Below are positions 38,935-51,093 of a stretch of DNA of 64,000 bases, piece by piece. Made by a program: the position numbers and the translations under genes. Under the pieces are notes generated by a model. The model was not told the origin of the DNA. It did not search any database and was given only the letters and a program-made list of their open reading frames with translations. The stretch's first letter is position 1; each line of letters opens with the position of its first letter. The stretch comes from Phoronis australis (taxonomy: Eukaryota; Animalia; Phoronida): the NCBI GenBank assembly GCA_002633005.1, contig NMRA01000468.1, forward strand, positions 62,001 through 126,000, written 5' to 3'.

Positions 38935-41658
38935 CTGGCTACACTTAATATCATTTGGTAGGCTAAAAAGATGTTAAGACTACGACAAGTTCACTACAAT
39001 CTGCAAACATTTTGTAAAACTCCGGTTTCGCATTCTCCGGCACAACACTGACCTGCAGCGGAGTAAACGTGCAGAATTGAAATTTCCTTTTTTACTTTAG
39101 CATCGATTTTTAAATTTCTTCCATTATGATGCTATTTGCTACTTGCTCGAATTCGCCATTATACTTGAAAACTACTATGGTTCTGCACCTTTTGTACACG
39201 CGCGCTTTCACGTTTGTGTTGTTGAAATGAATTCTAAAACCGGGGTAATTGTATCCTAAACAACAATGCGCAACATTTAATTTTGAAGCCTCACCAAAGT
39301 GTGCAAGTAATAAATTACTCGTCCAGACAGGGCACTAGATTGTACAGATTTCATCCGTAGCTATTGTATTTTGACAAACTATTCTCCTTGTCCAAATTTC
39401 AATAAAAATATACTTACTGCAACAGCTCGAATCATTTTTGCAACTGAAGGACAACTAGTGCCATACAAAGCTGTCAACAGACTATTTATAATAAGGACAA
39501 CGTTGTTGCTGTAATGATTTAATTTCACAAAATAGCATTTAGACAGGCTTTAATAGACAATTGCGTCCCGGATTAGATTAGATTTTTGTTTGGTTTGTTC
39601 AAAACACAGAACTATGTAAATAGTCGTTTCTGAAGATAATCGGTTCTACATTGTACGCCTGTGTTGTAATGTGACTGCAGGCTACGGTTATTACTGAGAA
39701 CAGACTTGAGCAGAAACCATTTCTTGTGCATGCCTGTCGTGATGTTGTTTGTCTGTAGGCGAACTTGCAAAATTCACAGTGAGCGTTCTGCAATTTCAAT
39801 TTATCTCATAAGACAGGCTTAATTAAAAGTTGTTTAAATAGAGCAACTTCACGTGGAATTGTGCATTGCGAGTGCGCATCTGTATTCCACTTTCGTAAAC
39901 GCGCCCTGATGGGAACGCGTTATTGGGCCAAAGGTAAGCTTTTGTGAATTCGAAAAAGCAGGAAGCCTACTTTAAAAATTTAGATTTTATAAAGACCTCT
40001 TCAATGATTTAAGTGACTTTATAATTCATTTAACAACAAGATTTAGGAATAATGTGTTTTAAAGTTTTCTTCAGTACAAAATTACGTAAACATGAATGAC
40101 GTTTTTGATTTTGACTTGGTATTGTGCCAACCGTCCACTCCCAGAGACGGTATTCGTCTTTGCTACTCGTCAATAGATGTCGTTTATGTCACACAAATCG
40201 TGTCGCTGACGCTGGCCGAGGAAATTTGTTGGTCTGCAAATTTAAGAACGCGAGGTTGGTAAATGGTGTGAGGACGGTATTCTATTGTAACGGTATTGTT
40301 CATTTTCATATGTTGATGATGAGTAAATAAACGTGACCGTCTCGTGTGACTCGATTTTAGTCCACCTGTCTAGACTTAGCCACCAAAATCGGACTGCAAG
40401 CCACAACAAGTCCGCTTTCCATAACAGACCACTTAACGTTATGAAATTGGTCACAAATTATGAGTTAGTCAAAATATCTGAATCAGCGCTCGACTTTTAA
40501 CGAGCTTTTTTCAGAGCTGCGCCGCCCATGGTGTAAAAGTTCGTCGACCAAAAAGGTCGATTCGAATCGCCATAGCGCCACCCTTGTAAATGCCTGAGTG
40601 TGGAGCCACTAGGTTCAGGATCAGGCCTGCCAATCGTGCATCCGCGCCGAATTCCTGTGCAGTTTGTGGACTTTTGTCTTGTTTACTTCACTTTTTGTTT
40701 CACTGAGGCGGATCATTTTTGAGAGGGGAATAGGGCCGATATTCGGCTCCAAAATCGACGGATTGAGGGCCCTGTCCTTTTTGGAAAGAAAAATGAATCG
40801 TGTTTCAACTCATAGTCATGAAAACATAGCCTGGCTGCGATCGAAGATTCTTCGGTCGTAATTGCTATGATGCTCGGCAACCGAGATGCGACAATTATAA
40901 TATGATCTAACTTTTCGAAAATATTTATAAATTTTACACGGCCATATTTTCCATCGTCGCGGCATATGACAACGACCCAACGCTTCCGATTCTGAACCTC
41001 CTTAGGGATTGTAAAACAAGACAGTTGAGAGTGCGTATTTTTTCAGCCGTTCAAGCAAAGCGGAAAACGCTGTGCCGATAAGCCAACAGAGCTATCGTAG
41101 CGAGCCTCGTTTTGGAACGCGCCTCCTGACGGCGTGAATTAGGTCTATACAAGCTGTATCAAGAGTTCTCCACAAAATCTTTGTCAACTAGGGAGTTTTA
41201 GAAAAGGAATATCCATGTCAACAATTTTTTGAAACGGATTATCAGTCCATGTCAACAGGATAGCTGTTTTTAGAGTTGCCATGAGAAAGGTTCAAAACAT
41301 CCACCCAATGGAGCAAGATTTTGCTAACTATATGTTGCAGCTACGGAGGCCCAAAGAGGACATCGCGCGTTTCTTTTTTAATAATTTCGGGATTTCGAGC
41401 TCTAATAGTCCTTGCAGGTACATCAAATCCGCATTTAAACAGGCCTTTCAACTGTTTTTACCTCTGTTGCGTGCATTTTGGAGGTTCAAACAAGCTAAAC
41501 ATTGTTGAATTGGATTCCGCAATATGCTGTTTGGGTTAATTTTCTACTGGAAAGAACACAAAACCACTTCTACATTCTTCTCAAAAGTTACTGAAAAAGA
41601 ATTAAGATTCTGTTCACAGCACTAGAAGGCGCGACCAACATCCAAGCTAGTATTAGTA

Positions 41659-41765
41659 GAGGCAGTGTGGCCTAGTGGGCTGCATGTTCGCCTCCTGTTT
41701 TCATTGTCGTGGATTCAAATCTGCTAGACCCTTGAGTCAAACCTCTGTACCCTCAACTCGGTCTG
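41659..41765 (+). mobile_element. Decayed tRNA-derived SINE head
   Basis: A-box-like gtggcctagtgg and B-box-like ggattcaaatc; no intact cloverleaf. Confidence 0.45.
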
Positions 41766-43099
41766 AATTTGTGTTGATGTGTGTAATATGTAATTAGTAA
41801 TAAACGAAAAATGGTTTCAGGTGCTTGGTGCAATTTGGGCCTGGCTGAGCGGACTGTGTACGTCTGATGAAACGTGTAACAGGTCACCTGTACTATGCTT
41901 TGTTCAAGAAAGTGTTGGTAGTGTAAATACAAGAACATTGTCTTACTGGGTGACAAAACAAGAGTAGCTTCACTCATTAGTTGTCAATTGAGAATGGAAT
42001 CTTATATATAGCAGTGTTCCCCCAGTATGAAGCTCCTGCGTTCCGTAGGCAAAAACTTGCGACTCATTTGCAACGAGAAATGACTTCGCCGATGGAACGA
42101 TGACAGTGATGTGAGATTATCATTACAACCTAACCGACCGATCACTTCAGTGGTCGCCACTTTGCTAAAGTGCGCTAGTAAGGTCCCAGGCATACTCGCG
42201 AAACACTCACGGGATTTTACGTAAATATATAATATAAAAATAGATGTTGAAATGTCGTGCTGTTGCCTATGGTTAAAAAGAGTAAAATAGTATACAGTAA
42301 AACGACGACCGTCGGTACTAAAATGTATTAAAATATTTCCCACGTTTCGAGCAGTACGCTCTTTATCGAGGGAATGACACAAGTAATTTTATGTAGTCTT
42401 GCCTGATCTCAATTTTCACGAGTTTCTCGCGTCACGACCCTTTCAGTGAAACAAGCCGGCAAACGGGTGTTTTCCATTACGGTATAATATATATTTCCAT
42501 GATTGTGGTCGCAATATATCTACCTTCCTTCGCGTACAGGCCGTGCCGTTCATCGGGTTAAAAGAAGAAAACACGAACATAAATAATCGTGAATGAGTAC
42601 TTAAATAGTTCTCACGGTAACGCATTCTTGCCGTATTCATTTAAAAAGAAATTCATGTCCCCTGTGTGTTAAAAATACAAAACAGACAAAAGAAAAATTT
42701 AATCGTGTCCATGCATGGGCGATAACATCATAACAGAGTGATTGATGGGAATCGTAAACCAAAGACAGATGAGCATTGTGAATGCTTTTATCAAGAGTGT
42801 CGCTTAGCCAAATGGGAAAGTACATGAAATAAAGTACGCCCGTGCTTCCCCTGTTTCAGATCTATCCTTCCCGTGTGATGAAGCAGGCTTCACACCCGTC
42901 CGTCATTCCTATTTTTCAGTTCGTCACATTGGAACTTCCGTGCTTCCCGTCTTATGATGTAGAATGTTGTAATTTTTGTGAGTTTGGGGTGACGAGAACT
43001 TAAGTACGCGCAATTTTGGCACGTAATTTGAACTTTGAAAATCTCGGTATACAGTTTTTAAAAGCATATAATAAATGATCTGCGAGCAAGCATTCCATA

Positions 43100-43545
43100 C
43101 GTATTTTTCACCGTTGGCCAATAATACAGAATCAGCTCAAGGTGTGTTCGGGCTTGTGTGGGTGAATCATTTGCTTAGCAGCCAAACGACTACTGTACAT
43201 ACCAAATGTGTCAGTGTTGGTACTGATGGTAAAGAAGCTGCTGATTACCTTGCAAAGCAAGAAACAAGTACACCCTGTTTTTCACCAGAACCCTGCACAC
43301 CAGTCTCATATAAGTATTGCAGGCCAAAGGTAAAACAGTGGGACAGGCGTATAAATTGTCAGCGGATGCAAGGAGACAAACTAAATTTATTTTTCTTTTC
43401 CAAGTCCTGTTGAGCCAAAGGGTTCCAAAATACTCTTAAGCTTAGGCTGGCTAGTCGACATGTGATCCAAGTAATTATGGGCACTGGAACTTAGCTCATC
43501 AACGAAAAATCACACAGCATGTGACCTGTTCAAACTGCATTATGT
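43100..43545 (+). mobile_element. Remnant of an RNase H-bearing non-LTR retrotransposon (I/Loa-group-like), only in duplication unit 2
   Basis: LVWV..H...VGTDGKEAADYLAKQ...SPEP resembles the RNase H C-terminus WVPGH.GI.GNE.AD.LAK...GPEP. Confidence 0.65.
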
Positions 43546-44058
43546 TTGTCCACCTCGCCGTTCCCGGCTAACTTTCACCCATCGCGTAATCATTTATAAT
43601 CAACACTTATAAGTATGCGACGTTTTCATAAACATTGGCACACCTGTCCCGTACAGAAAGCATTCTTTAATTTTCTCAAAAAATACCTAGTGCAGCCATA
43701 AGTCGCATTTCAGGGGGCAATCCGTTTTTGGTACATCGCTCAAATTGTGGTCGGGCACCCTTATGACATCCGGTAGCGCTGTTACATTGCATTCTACCGT
43801 CTGCCGCTCGACGTGACTGTAACGTCACAGTACCAAAAAGTTGGGTTCAATGTTAACACTACTAGTCCATGGTTCAATGACTGCAGTGACGGTCAACACA
43901 TTTTAACTGGTAAACAATAGGTAAACGTTTGAATTTTGTGGGAAAATCGTGATTTGCGGTAGTAAAAACACGGCAACCGTAACGGCACAACCCTTTAAAA
44001 TGGTCGCCGTCGTTTACCAGACAGTCATACACTAACAGAAAGGCGTACTTTACTGAGC

Positions 44059-46754
44059 ATGATGAAACTGGTGAGGCATTTTTCGGGTTGGTCAAACAGT
44101 CTTGTGCAGCGGCTCCCAAAACTAAACTGCACCTGCGTAATATTTCGAAGAAACCGCACTTGCATACTATTTCGAAGAAACTGAAGCTACAAAAAATCAT
44201 AGCGGTGTGTGTTGATTGTCCGTAAGAGGGCACTTGTTTAGATTGTTTTTTGTCAGGTAATCGTGAAAATACTTGCTTTCGACTAAGCAAATTGTGTGGA
44301 TAGTTATTTTGCACTGTAAACTCTTAGATGTGCATATGAGGATTTGGTGTCAATGATTAGTGATAGTTACAGTATTGAGGGTGCATCCTCTAAAGTTTAG
44401 TGGTAAATTTAATAAATAAATAAATTCTTGTATATTTTAAAACTAAAATATGTTAAAGAGACATTACCATTTTTCGACCGCGTCTTGGGATTGTTGCTGA
44501 ATATGACAGAACTTTTGAAGTTATTAGCTTTGACCACAGCTATAAAACAACAACATTCGAAATCAAGGCAGGTGACTTTAGGAATTATATTCGCTGTGTC
44601 ATTTATCGAGTGGGATTTAGAGCCTCCTGCGCAGACGGTTAGGTTAGTTCCCAGTCCAGTGGCCGATTTAGAGGGGGACGGGAGCCATGGCCCCTTCTAA
44701 AATTCTCCCAGATTCCATTTGGAAGTTTGGGTGTGCAAATGTTTGACGGACAAAATCTGGCTGATACCCTGCCCTGCCCCCCCCCCTCCTCTATCTCAAA
44801 ATCCTGGATCCGCCTCTGCAATTATTCTTGTCACACTGAAGTCATAAATTCCAAATGTCACGAACAGGCAGATGTAACTCGACTGACTTTAGTCTACGCC
44901 ACCTCAAGACTATTAAACAGCTGCGAACGACGAGTCGCTAATGTATCCCTAAAACTATATGACCTCGGGTAGTCTAGTACCCTCCAAAATATTTCCGCAA
45001 GGGGAGCCTTTAATATTAAGTTGACCTAAAGTGATGGCTTGACGAGGATATACTTTCATGAGTCACTAAAATAATCTTCCAAGATTGGTTTTTCTCGTGG
45101 ACTCTTCGTGAATTTCATAGAAAAGCTGTTGAAGAGCCATCTATAAACTTTTTTGCTTATTTTTATTGTCAGACAAATATTATTTTGTAGGTGTTCACAT
45201 GCGCGCTGCTCGTCTGTTTCGTCGGGCTGCTCCGAGCTGAAACGGAAGGAGTGTACGAAGTAAACGAGGACGATGTTGAAGTAAACGATCGTTCTTTGGA
45301 CGAAGGTGTTGATGAAAATGAAGATGGTGATAACATCGCTCGCTCACTAGAGGATGCTGACGAAGAAGACGATGGATCTGAGATGGCCGTTCGTTCCGAA
45401 AGCGAGGCAGACGACAAAGATGGTGAAGTAGATGATAAAGAGACGGTCCTTACTGAGCGGCGGGGGAAGAGTAAGAAATGTAGAACGAGAAGATCCGTCA
45501 CCGTTTTTGTTAGATTCAGAGGACGTCTGTACAGGCTCAAGAGACCAATTGTGGGAACAGTTTGTCTCCAACGTGGGTGAGTAAATTCTTGCTATAGGCC
45601 TATTTACAAACATCTCGAATAAGAAGCAGTTCACTTGGGTGTGCTATGCGTGCTGCATGCCTAATAGCCCAGACTGTGCTCTCACTCGGAATCACCACTT
45701 ACGCGGAAAAGTGTCTATTACCACAATTTACCATTTTATGACATGTACTCGCATGCGTGTTGTCACCATCGTTAAGCCTTTTTGTGGCAGTGCTCGTCGT
45801 ATTTATTTAACTGACAGTTTTAAAAAAATACGAGGAAATGAAAGATAAACCTTTTAAAACTTGCCTTGAAAAGCAAACAAAGGTTGTGAGACGGTGTCCA
45901 GAGGGCCCGGGGTAGCGCTTAAGGGATCTGTGGCCGGTTGCATGAATTATTTCAATTCTAGGGGACTCAGTTACGTTTCAGGGGAATTGCGGACTTTGTG
46001 CATACACGGATTGTTCTCTCTTCTGCTATTTTCCTTCATTGCAACTCAGTTAAGGTTTAGCTTTGATAGACACCGATAGTAAATTGTATGGTATAGGGAC
46101 CTTTTCACTGATGCAACGCCTCTGTTTTACTTTCATTGAATTTTCAGCTATATTTTTAGAAAATGTTATGAAGTAAAAGGGAATTCATAACAAAAGTAAA
46201 ATGATAGGAAATGTAACGTTGACGAGCTAACAAAATCTACAAAGGCTCTGAAAATTTAGGGACCATAGTTTCATGCAATCGGCCACTGGTACTTGAGTGT
46301 GATAAAACCTACAAATATGTCTGGACACAGGCCTACTAGATTACCTCAAGCAGGCGTGACTACATCACGTGTAGTGGCGGATCCGGTGAGTGTTCAGGGG
46401 ATGTAAGCACCTCTGAATAGCCATCTCCTCTTCAAAAACGCACTTTCTATCGTTATACTGTCGATAAAATCTTAGATTCTACACTGATTTGCTGGAATGA
46501 ACAACGATAACATATTGACGCAATGATGTCGCAGTTATCATTTTAGGTTACCGTTGCGTGAAATTTTCCTATTAATTTGCACTTATATGAATAGTTACAT
46601 TGGTGTAATTCTAGCTTCATGTACTTGCAGAGCAAGATGCAGAAGATTCTGGTTTTTCCGAGGCAGATGTCGCCAACGCTATCTTCGCTTCCATGTCCGC
46701 ATTCGCAACTTCAGGGTCGGCCTGCACATCCCGCTTTGCCTCTGCCGACGCTAA
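44059..46754 (+). CDS. Secreted prepro-protein copy 2, 172-173 aa, same architecture; exons 44059(or 44062)-44070, 45191-45576, 46631-46754
   Basis: (M)MKL|VFTCALLVCFVGLLRA-ETEG...TERRGKSKKCRTRRSVTVFVRFRGRLYRLKRPIVGTVCLQRG|ARCRRFWFFRGRCRQRYLRFHVRIRNFRVGLHIPLCLCRR*; donors gtgagg and gtgagt; AATAAA at 46952. Confidence 0.88.
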
Positions 46755-49099
46755 AGAACTGGAAAGCGACCGCGCTGTTCGACACCGAATACGTATTATC
46801 AAGAGTGAAATTATCTTCACAGTGCAGTTTGCTACAGTTGTTTCAACAGATCTTACAACACATGTAGCCATATTCGAATCTTTGTCTTTGTTTTCATTTC
46901 ATCTAAAAATTATATCTTGACGTATGACAGAGAATGACACGTCCACATTATAATAAATGCAGTTTTCATTGTGCAATGTCATTCCTTTCACTGGCGCAGA
47001 TGCGGGGAGTCCGGGGAGTCTCTCAGCCATTTTTGTATTACTATAATCGAACGATTTAGAATACGGTACCCCTTATGTCTGTCCATTGTCAAGACTCCGT
47101 CTGGTCGTTATCTTGGGTCTGCCTCGGTCTCTTTCAATGTATTTGGGTATTTAAAAAGATACTTAGAAAACTCACTTACACAAGACGATCATACTGGTTA
47201 TCGAAAGTTCTTGATTTCCAGCCAAAAACATTCGCATTCATCACAAAGCACGCGCTTGCCTTGCTGATTAGTATAACTGTCTACACCTTGGTTACAGAAC
47301 ATTTGATTTATCCAAGTACTTACTTCAATTCATTAAACTATATGTTTTTAAAAACTTTGGTTTTCGGGTCGTATTATGTGCCCAGAAATAATTCCCAGGT
47401 GTCCATATTAACAAAGGTAGCAATGTTGGTCGTAGCTAAGACAAAGTTTTCTTGGCAAACAATTCATTAAAGTGCTTGAATATCTAAGCCTACTACAGTT
47501 ACGTTTACGTCAGCAGCGATGCTTTTCTTTCACAAAAAAATGTTTGTTGCCTTTATAAAACGTGACGTCACTACGAACGTCTTGTCTACATTCGGGCTAG
47601 CGAACTTAATAAAATGGCCGCCAGGTGTTTGTCATGGCATGAATCCTTCATCAAAGATGTTCTTCCAAGGAAATTGTCCTTGCTTCAATCCACAGATGTG
47701 ACAAATTGAAAAAACGTAGTCGTTACCTGACCACGAATATTTGTAGGGTATAATTTCTATGAAATTACTCTATGGTTCTAAAACAGCTGTGTGGTTTCAT
47801 TGGTTAAAAATTAAGAATTCAAAAACACTCTAAGAAGTGCAATGAAGCTAGACAATTAAACAATACCCCGTAGGAAGCGGGGGGCACGCCCCCACCCCAC
47901 AAAAAAAATTCAGGCGTGAGGGTTAAACCGTGGCAACCGACATAGGCGTGGGGCCCGGGACAGGGTCCTAAACAACAATGCGCAACATTCATTTTTGCAG
48001 CCCCACCAAAGTGTGCGAGTAGTAAATTACTCGGAGATTCCAGACAGGGAACTAAGGTTGTACAGATTTCATCCGTTGCGATTGTTTTTTGACAAACCAT
48101 TCTCCTTGCCCAACTTCCAATAAAAATATACTTACTGCAACAGCTCGAATCATTTTTGCAACTGATCGAAGGACAACTAGTGCCCTGCAAACTCAACACA
48201 CTATTTATAGGAGTGACAACGATGTTGCTGCAATGGTTTAATTTCACAAAATATCATTTAGTAGACAAGGATTTTTGTAAGTTTTTTTTAAACACAGAAC
48301 TATGTAAATAGTCGTTTCTGAAGATAATCGGGTCTACATTATATGTCTGTGTTGTAATGTGACTGCAGGACTACAGTCATCACAGATAATAAGCTTGAGC
48401 TGACACCATCTCTTGTGCGTGCCTGTCGTGAAATGGTTTGTCTGTTGGCGAACTTGCAAAATCGACAGTGAGTGTTCTGCAGTTTCGACTGACTTATCTC
48501 ATAAAACAGGCTTAATTAAAAGTTGTTTAAATAGAGCAGCTTCACGTGGCAATGCGGGGGCGCATCTGTATTCCACTTTCGTATACGCGCCCTGATGGGA
48601 ACGCGTTATTGGGCCAAGTAAGCCTTTGTGAATTTGAAAAAGGGGAAGCTTACTTTAAAAAATTAGATTCTTAAAAGACCTCTTCAATAATTTAAGTGAC
48701 TTTTAAATTCAGTTAAGAACAACATTTAGGAATGATGTGTTATAAAGTTTTCTTCAGTGCAAAATTACGCAATCATGAATTACGTTTTTGATTTTGACTT
48801 GGTAGTCTTGTAAAACCTTCCACTTCCCAGAGACGGTATTCGTCTTTGCTACTCGTCAATAGATGTCGTTCATCACACAAAAGGTGTCGCTGACAGACAA
48901 TTTCTAGAATTTACGCTAGCCGAGGCGCACGTGAAATTTGTTGGTCTGCAAATTTAAGAACGCGAGGTTGGTAAAAGGTGTGAGGACGGTATTCTATTGT
49001 AACGGTATTGTTCATTTTCAGAGGATGATGATGAGTTGATCTCCATGACCGTCTCGTGTGTCTCGATTTGAGTCCACTTGCGTATCTGTCGTATAGTCC

Positions 49100-49208
49100 G
49101 ATTACCTCTCGTCGTCAGTCTCCAAAGGTCGTCCGCCATCTTGTTTCGCGTGCAGCGCAACCACGCGGGACTTAGCGTTCCAATTTGGAGTGCTCGTCTG
49201 CACGTTAG
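49100..49208 (+). promoter_or_regulatory. Candidate TSS region and non-coding first exon of FKBP4
   Basis: CpG-rich patch with a TCAGT initiator-like site, a CCGCCATCTT (YY1-type) motif and the donor ag|gtacta; the ATG exon at 51087 begins with an acceptor, so an upstream exon is required. Confidence 0.45.
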
Positions 49209-51093
49209 GTACTAACCTCTCGGGAGAAACACGCGTGGAAGAACTGAGACTAAAATTAATGCNCACCACAGGGGGATGGGGGGGGCTAATGTCCTCCCCC
49301 CCCACTTTTTTCAGTGCTGCGCCGCCCATGCCCGTGGTGTAAAAGTTCGTCGACCAAAAAGATCGATCCGAATTGCCATAGCGCCACCCGCGTAAATGCC
49401 TAAGCGTGGTGACAAATGCATTATTTCACAAAGTCAGTCTGAACAATTGTGAATCGAAGATAATAAATCTAGGAAAAGTGATAATTTAAAGTTTGTAAGT
49501 TAACACAAACTTTAAAACGAAGGAATTATTGTCTGACTTTCATGGTAACTTCTTGGCGATAAAGGTCGCCAAACACAATTTGATGTCGTAAGCACACATA
49601 ATATTCGACTGACTATTGGGCGTGATTTATGGTCTCAGAAATAACTGACCACACCATGTCACCATGGTCATAGACTGTCTAGCTACAAAGTTACTAACTT
49701 GTGTGCTCATCATGGTCTTTTGGAATAATGAACTGCCAGTTCTTTGCAAGACCAAAAGTTACTTCTCATCAGAGTGTGGAACACGTTGAGACTTTTTGGT
49801 GTTTTTTGATGTTTTACAGTAACATTGTGCAATTTTAACTAAAGTGATTATACGCAATCACTGAATCTGACGTGTTACTGAGTACGACAATTTCAGTTCT
49901 TGCCAAGTCGAACTCACACATGATTTTCAATACAATTATGAACTTTCAAATGCACGATTATTTTCATTGTAGAAATTTTCATTTGTAGGCCTATACTAAC
50001 ACCATTCTAATTTTTACTTCCTGCACTAGCGGTTCAGTATATGAAATTGCGCACGTCTTGTAGTACAGGCTGCTTGTGTCTGAGACTCTAAACAAATTTA
50101 GTGTATGCAATGAGGATGTTCATTCAGCAAAAATCAAAAGGATGACGTTGGTTCTGTGGTGATTAGTGTTGAGTGTGGGTACTGCTGCTACTGATGAGGA
50201 ACCCACAAGTGAGATGAAACCCTCGACAAACCGTACTCTATCGGTGACTAGGTCTTGATGGTAGCTTTAACCTTCATGCTTCTGATTAGCTTTTCCTTGA
50301 ATTATGTGTATTGTAGTGACCACCTATTAGTAGTAGTCTTAGCATGACCTTCATCTTTGTCACCACAGAACAGTCTTAGGTCTGCCATATGGGTTATTGT
50401 ATCTGCCATGTGGGTTATTGTTTCTGAAGGCATTCGAACTGACGTATATATCAACATAATTTTGTATGTCTGAATTTGTTCAAATTGTTGGGAGCATTAT
50501 TATGGTTGCCTGCTTTCTTGCCAAATCTCTATGGGTTTAGATCAGGTGATGACCTTACAAAACTGTGATCAGTCTGACTTAGGCTTTGGTAAGTTGTAAT
50601 TCTTATTAATACGTGAATTTATTATCTATGTGAGACCACTGGGTGGCATTGACAGCGCTGAAGCCTTATCCAACTGGTATTTCTAATTTTTGTGTTATGA
50701 TTTACGACTGATTCATGAAGTTGCAACAAAAACTTTTGTGGGATCTCCTTGTGGTATTGCTCATCTGCCTAGATAATTATTGCGTTTTTGATTAAAAATG
50801 AGCGAATCAGCAACAAGAAATAGTTGACAACTCAGAGGGGTTGGTGGAAGTGGTCGCAACTTACTGTATGGACATAGTCCAGTGTCAAGCACTGTTTGAC
50901 TGCCTTGTGCAATGCAAGAGTTTTTGCCTTCAGTTTGAAATATTTTTGAAAATTATGTTACATAGTTTGTTGCGCACCACAGTGGAAAGGCGCCTATGCC
51001 TTCTAGAAGGGAACTTAACTCATGTGGTCTATATCATAAGACGTCCTCTGAAGGCTTGTGCAGTATGGCAGATTTTTGCTCCATAGGTACACT

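Larger units (their letters stand above)
32612..49409 (+). repeat. Diverged tandem segmental duplication: unit 1 ~32612-40603, unit 2 ~41148-49409
   Basis: Colinear similarity from tacaagctg...aaaatc to gcgccaccc..gtaaatgcct.ag.gtgg, with copy-specific insertions; the junction is filled by the ~430-bp repeat. Confidence 0.9.

Noticed and set aside
46617-46920. Ala/Ser-rich alternative-frame and antisense ORFs over exon 3 (also 36703-37041)
   Set aside because: Explained by CGC-rich Arg codons; only the Cys/Arg frame fits the conserved splice phase and stop codon
50175-50228. Second hammerhead-like motif (GGGUA...CUGAUGAG...GAAACCC)
   Set aside because: No credible stem I and a weak stem II
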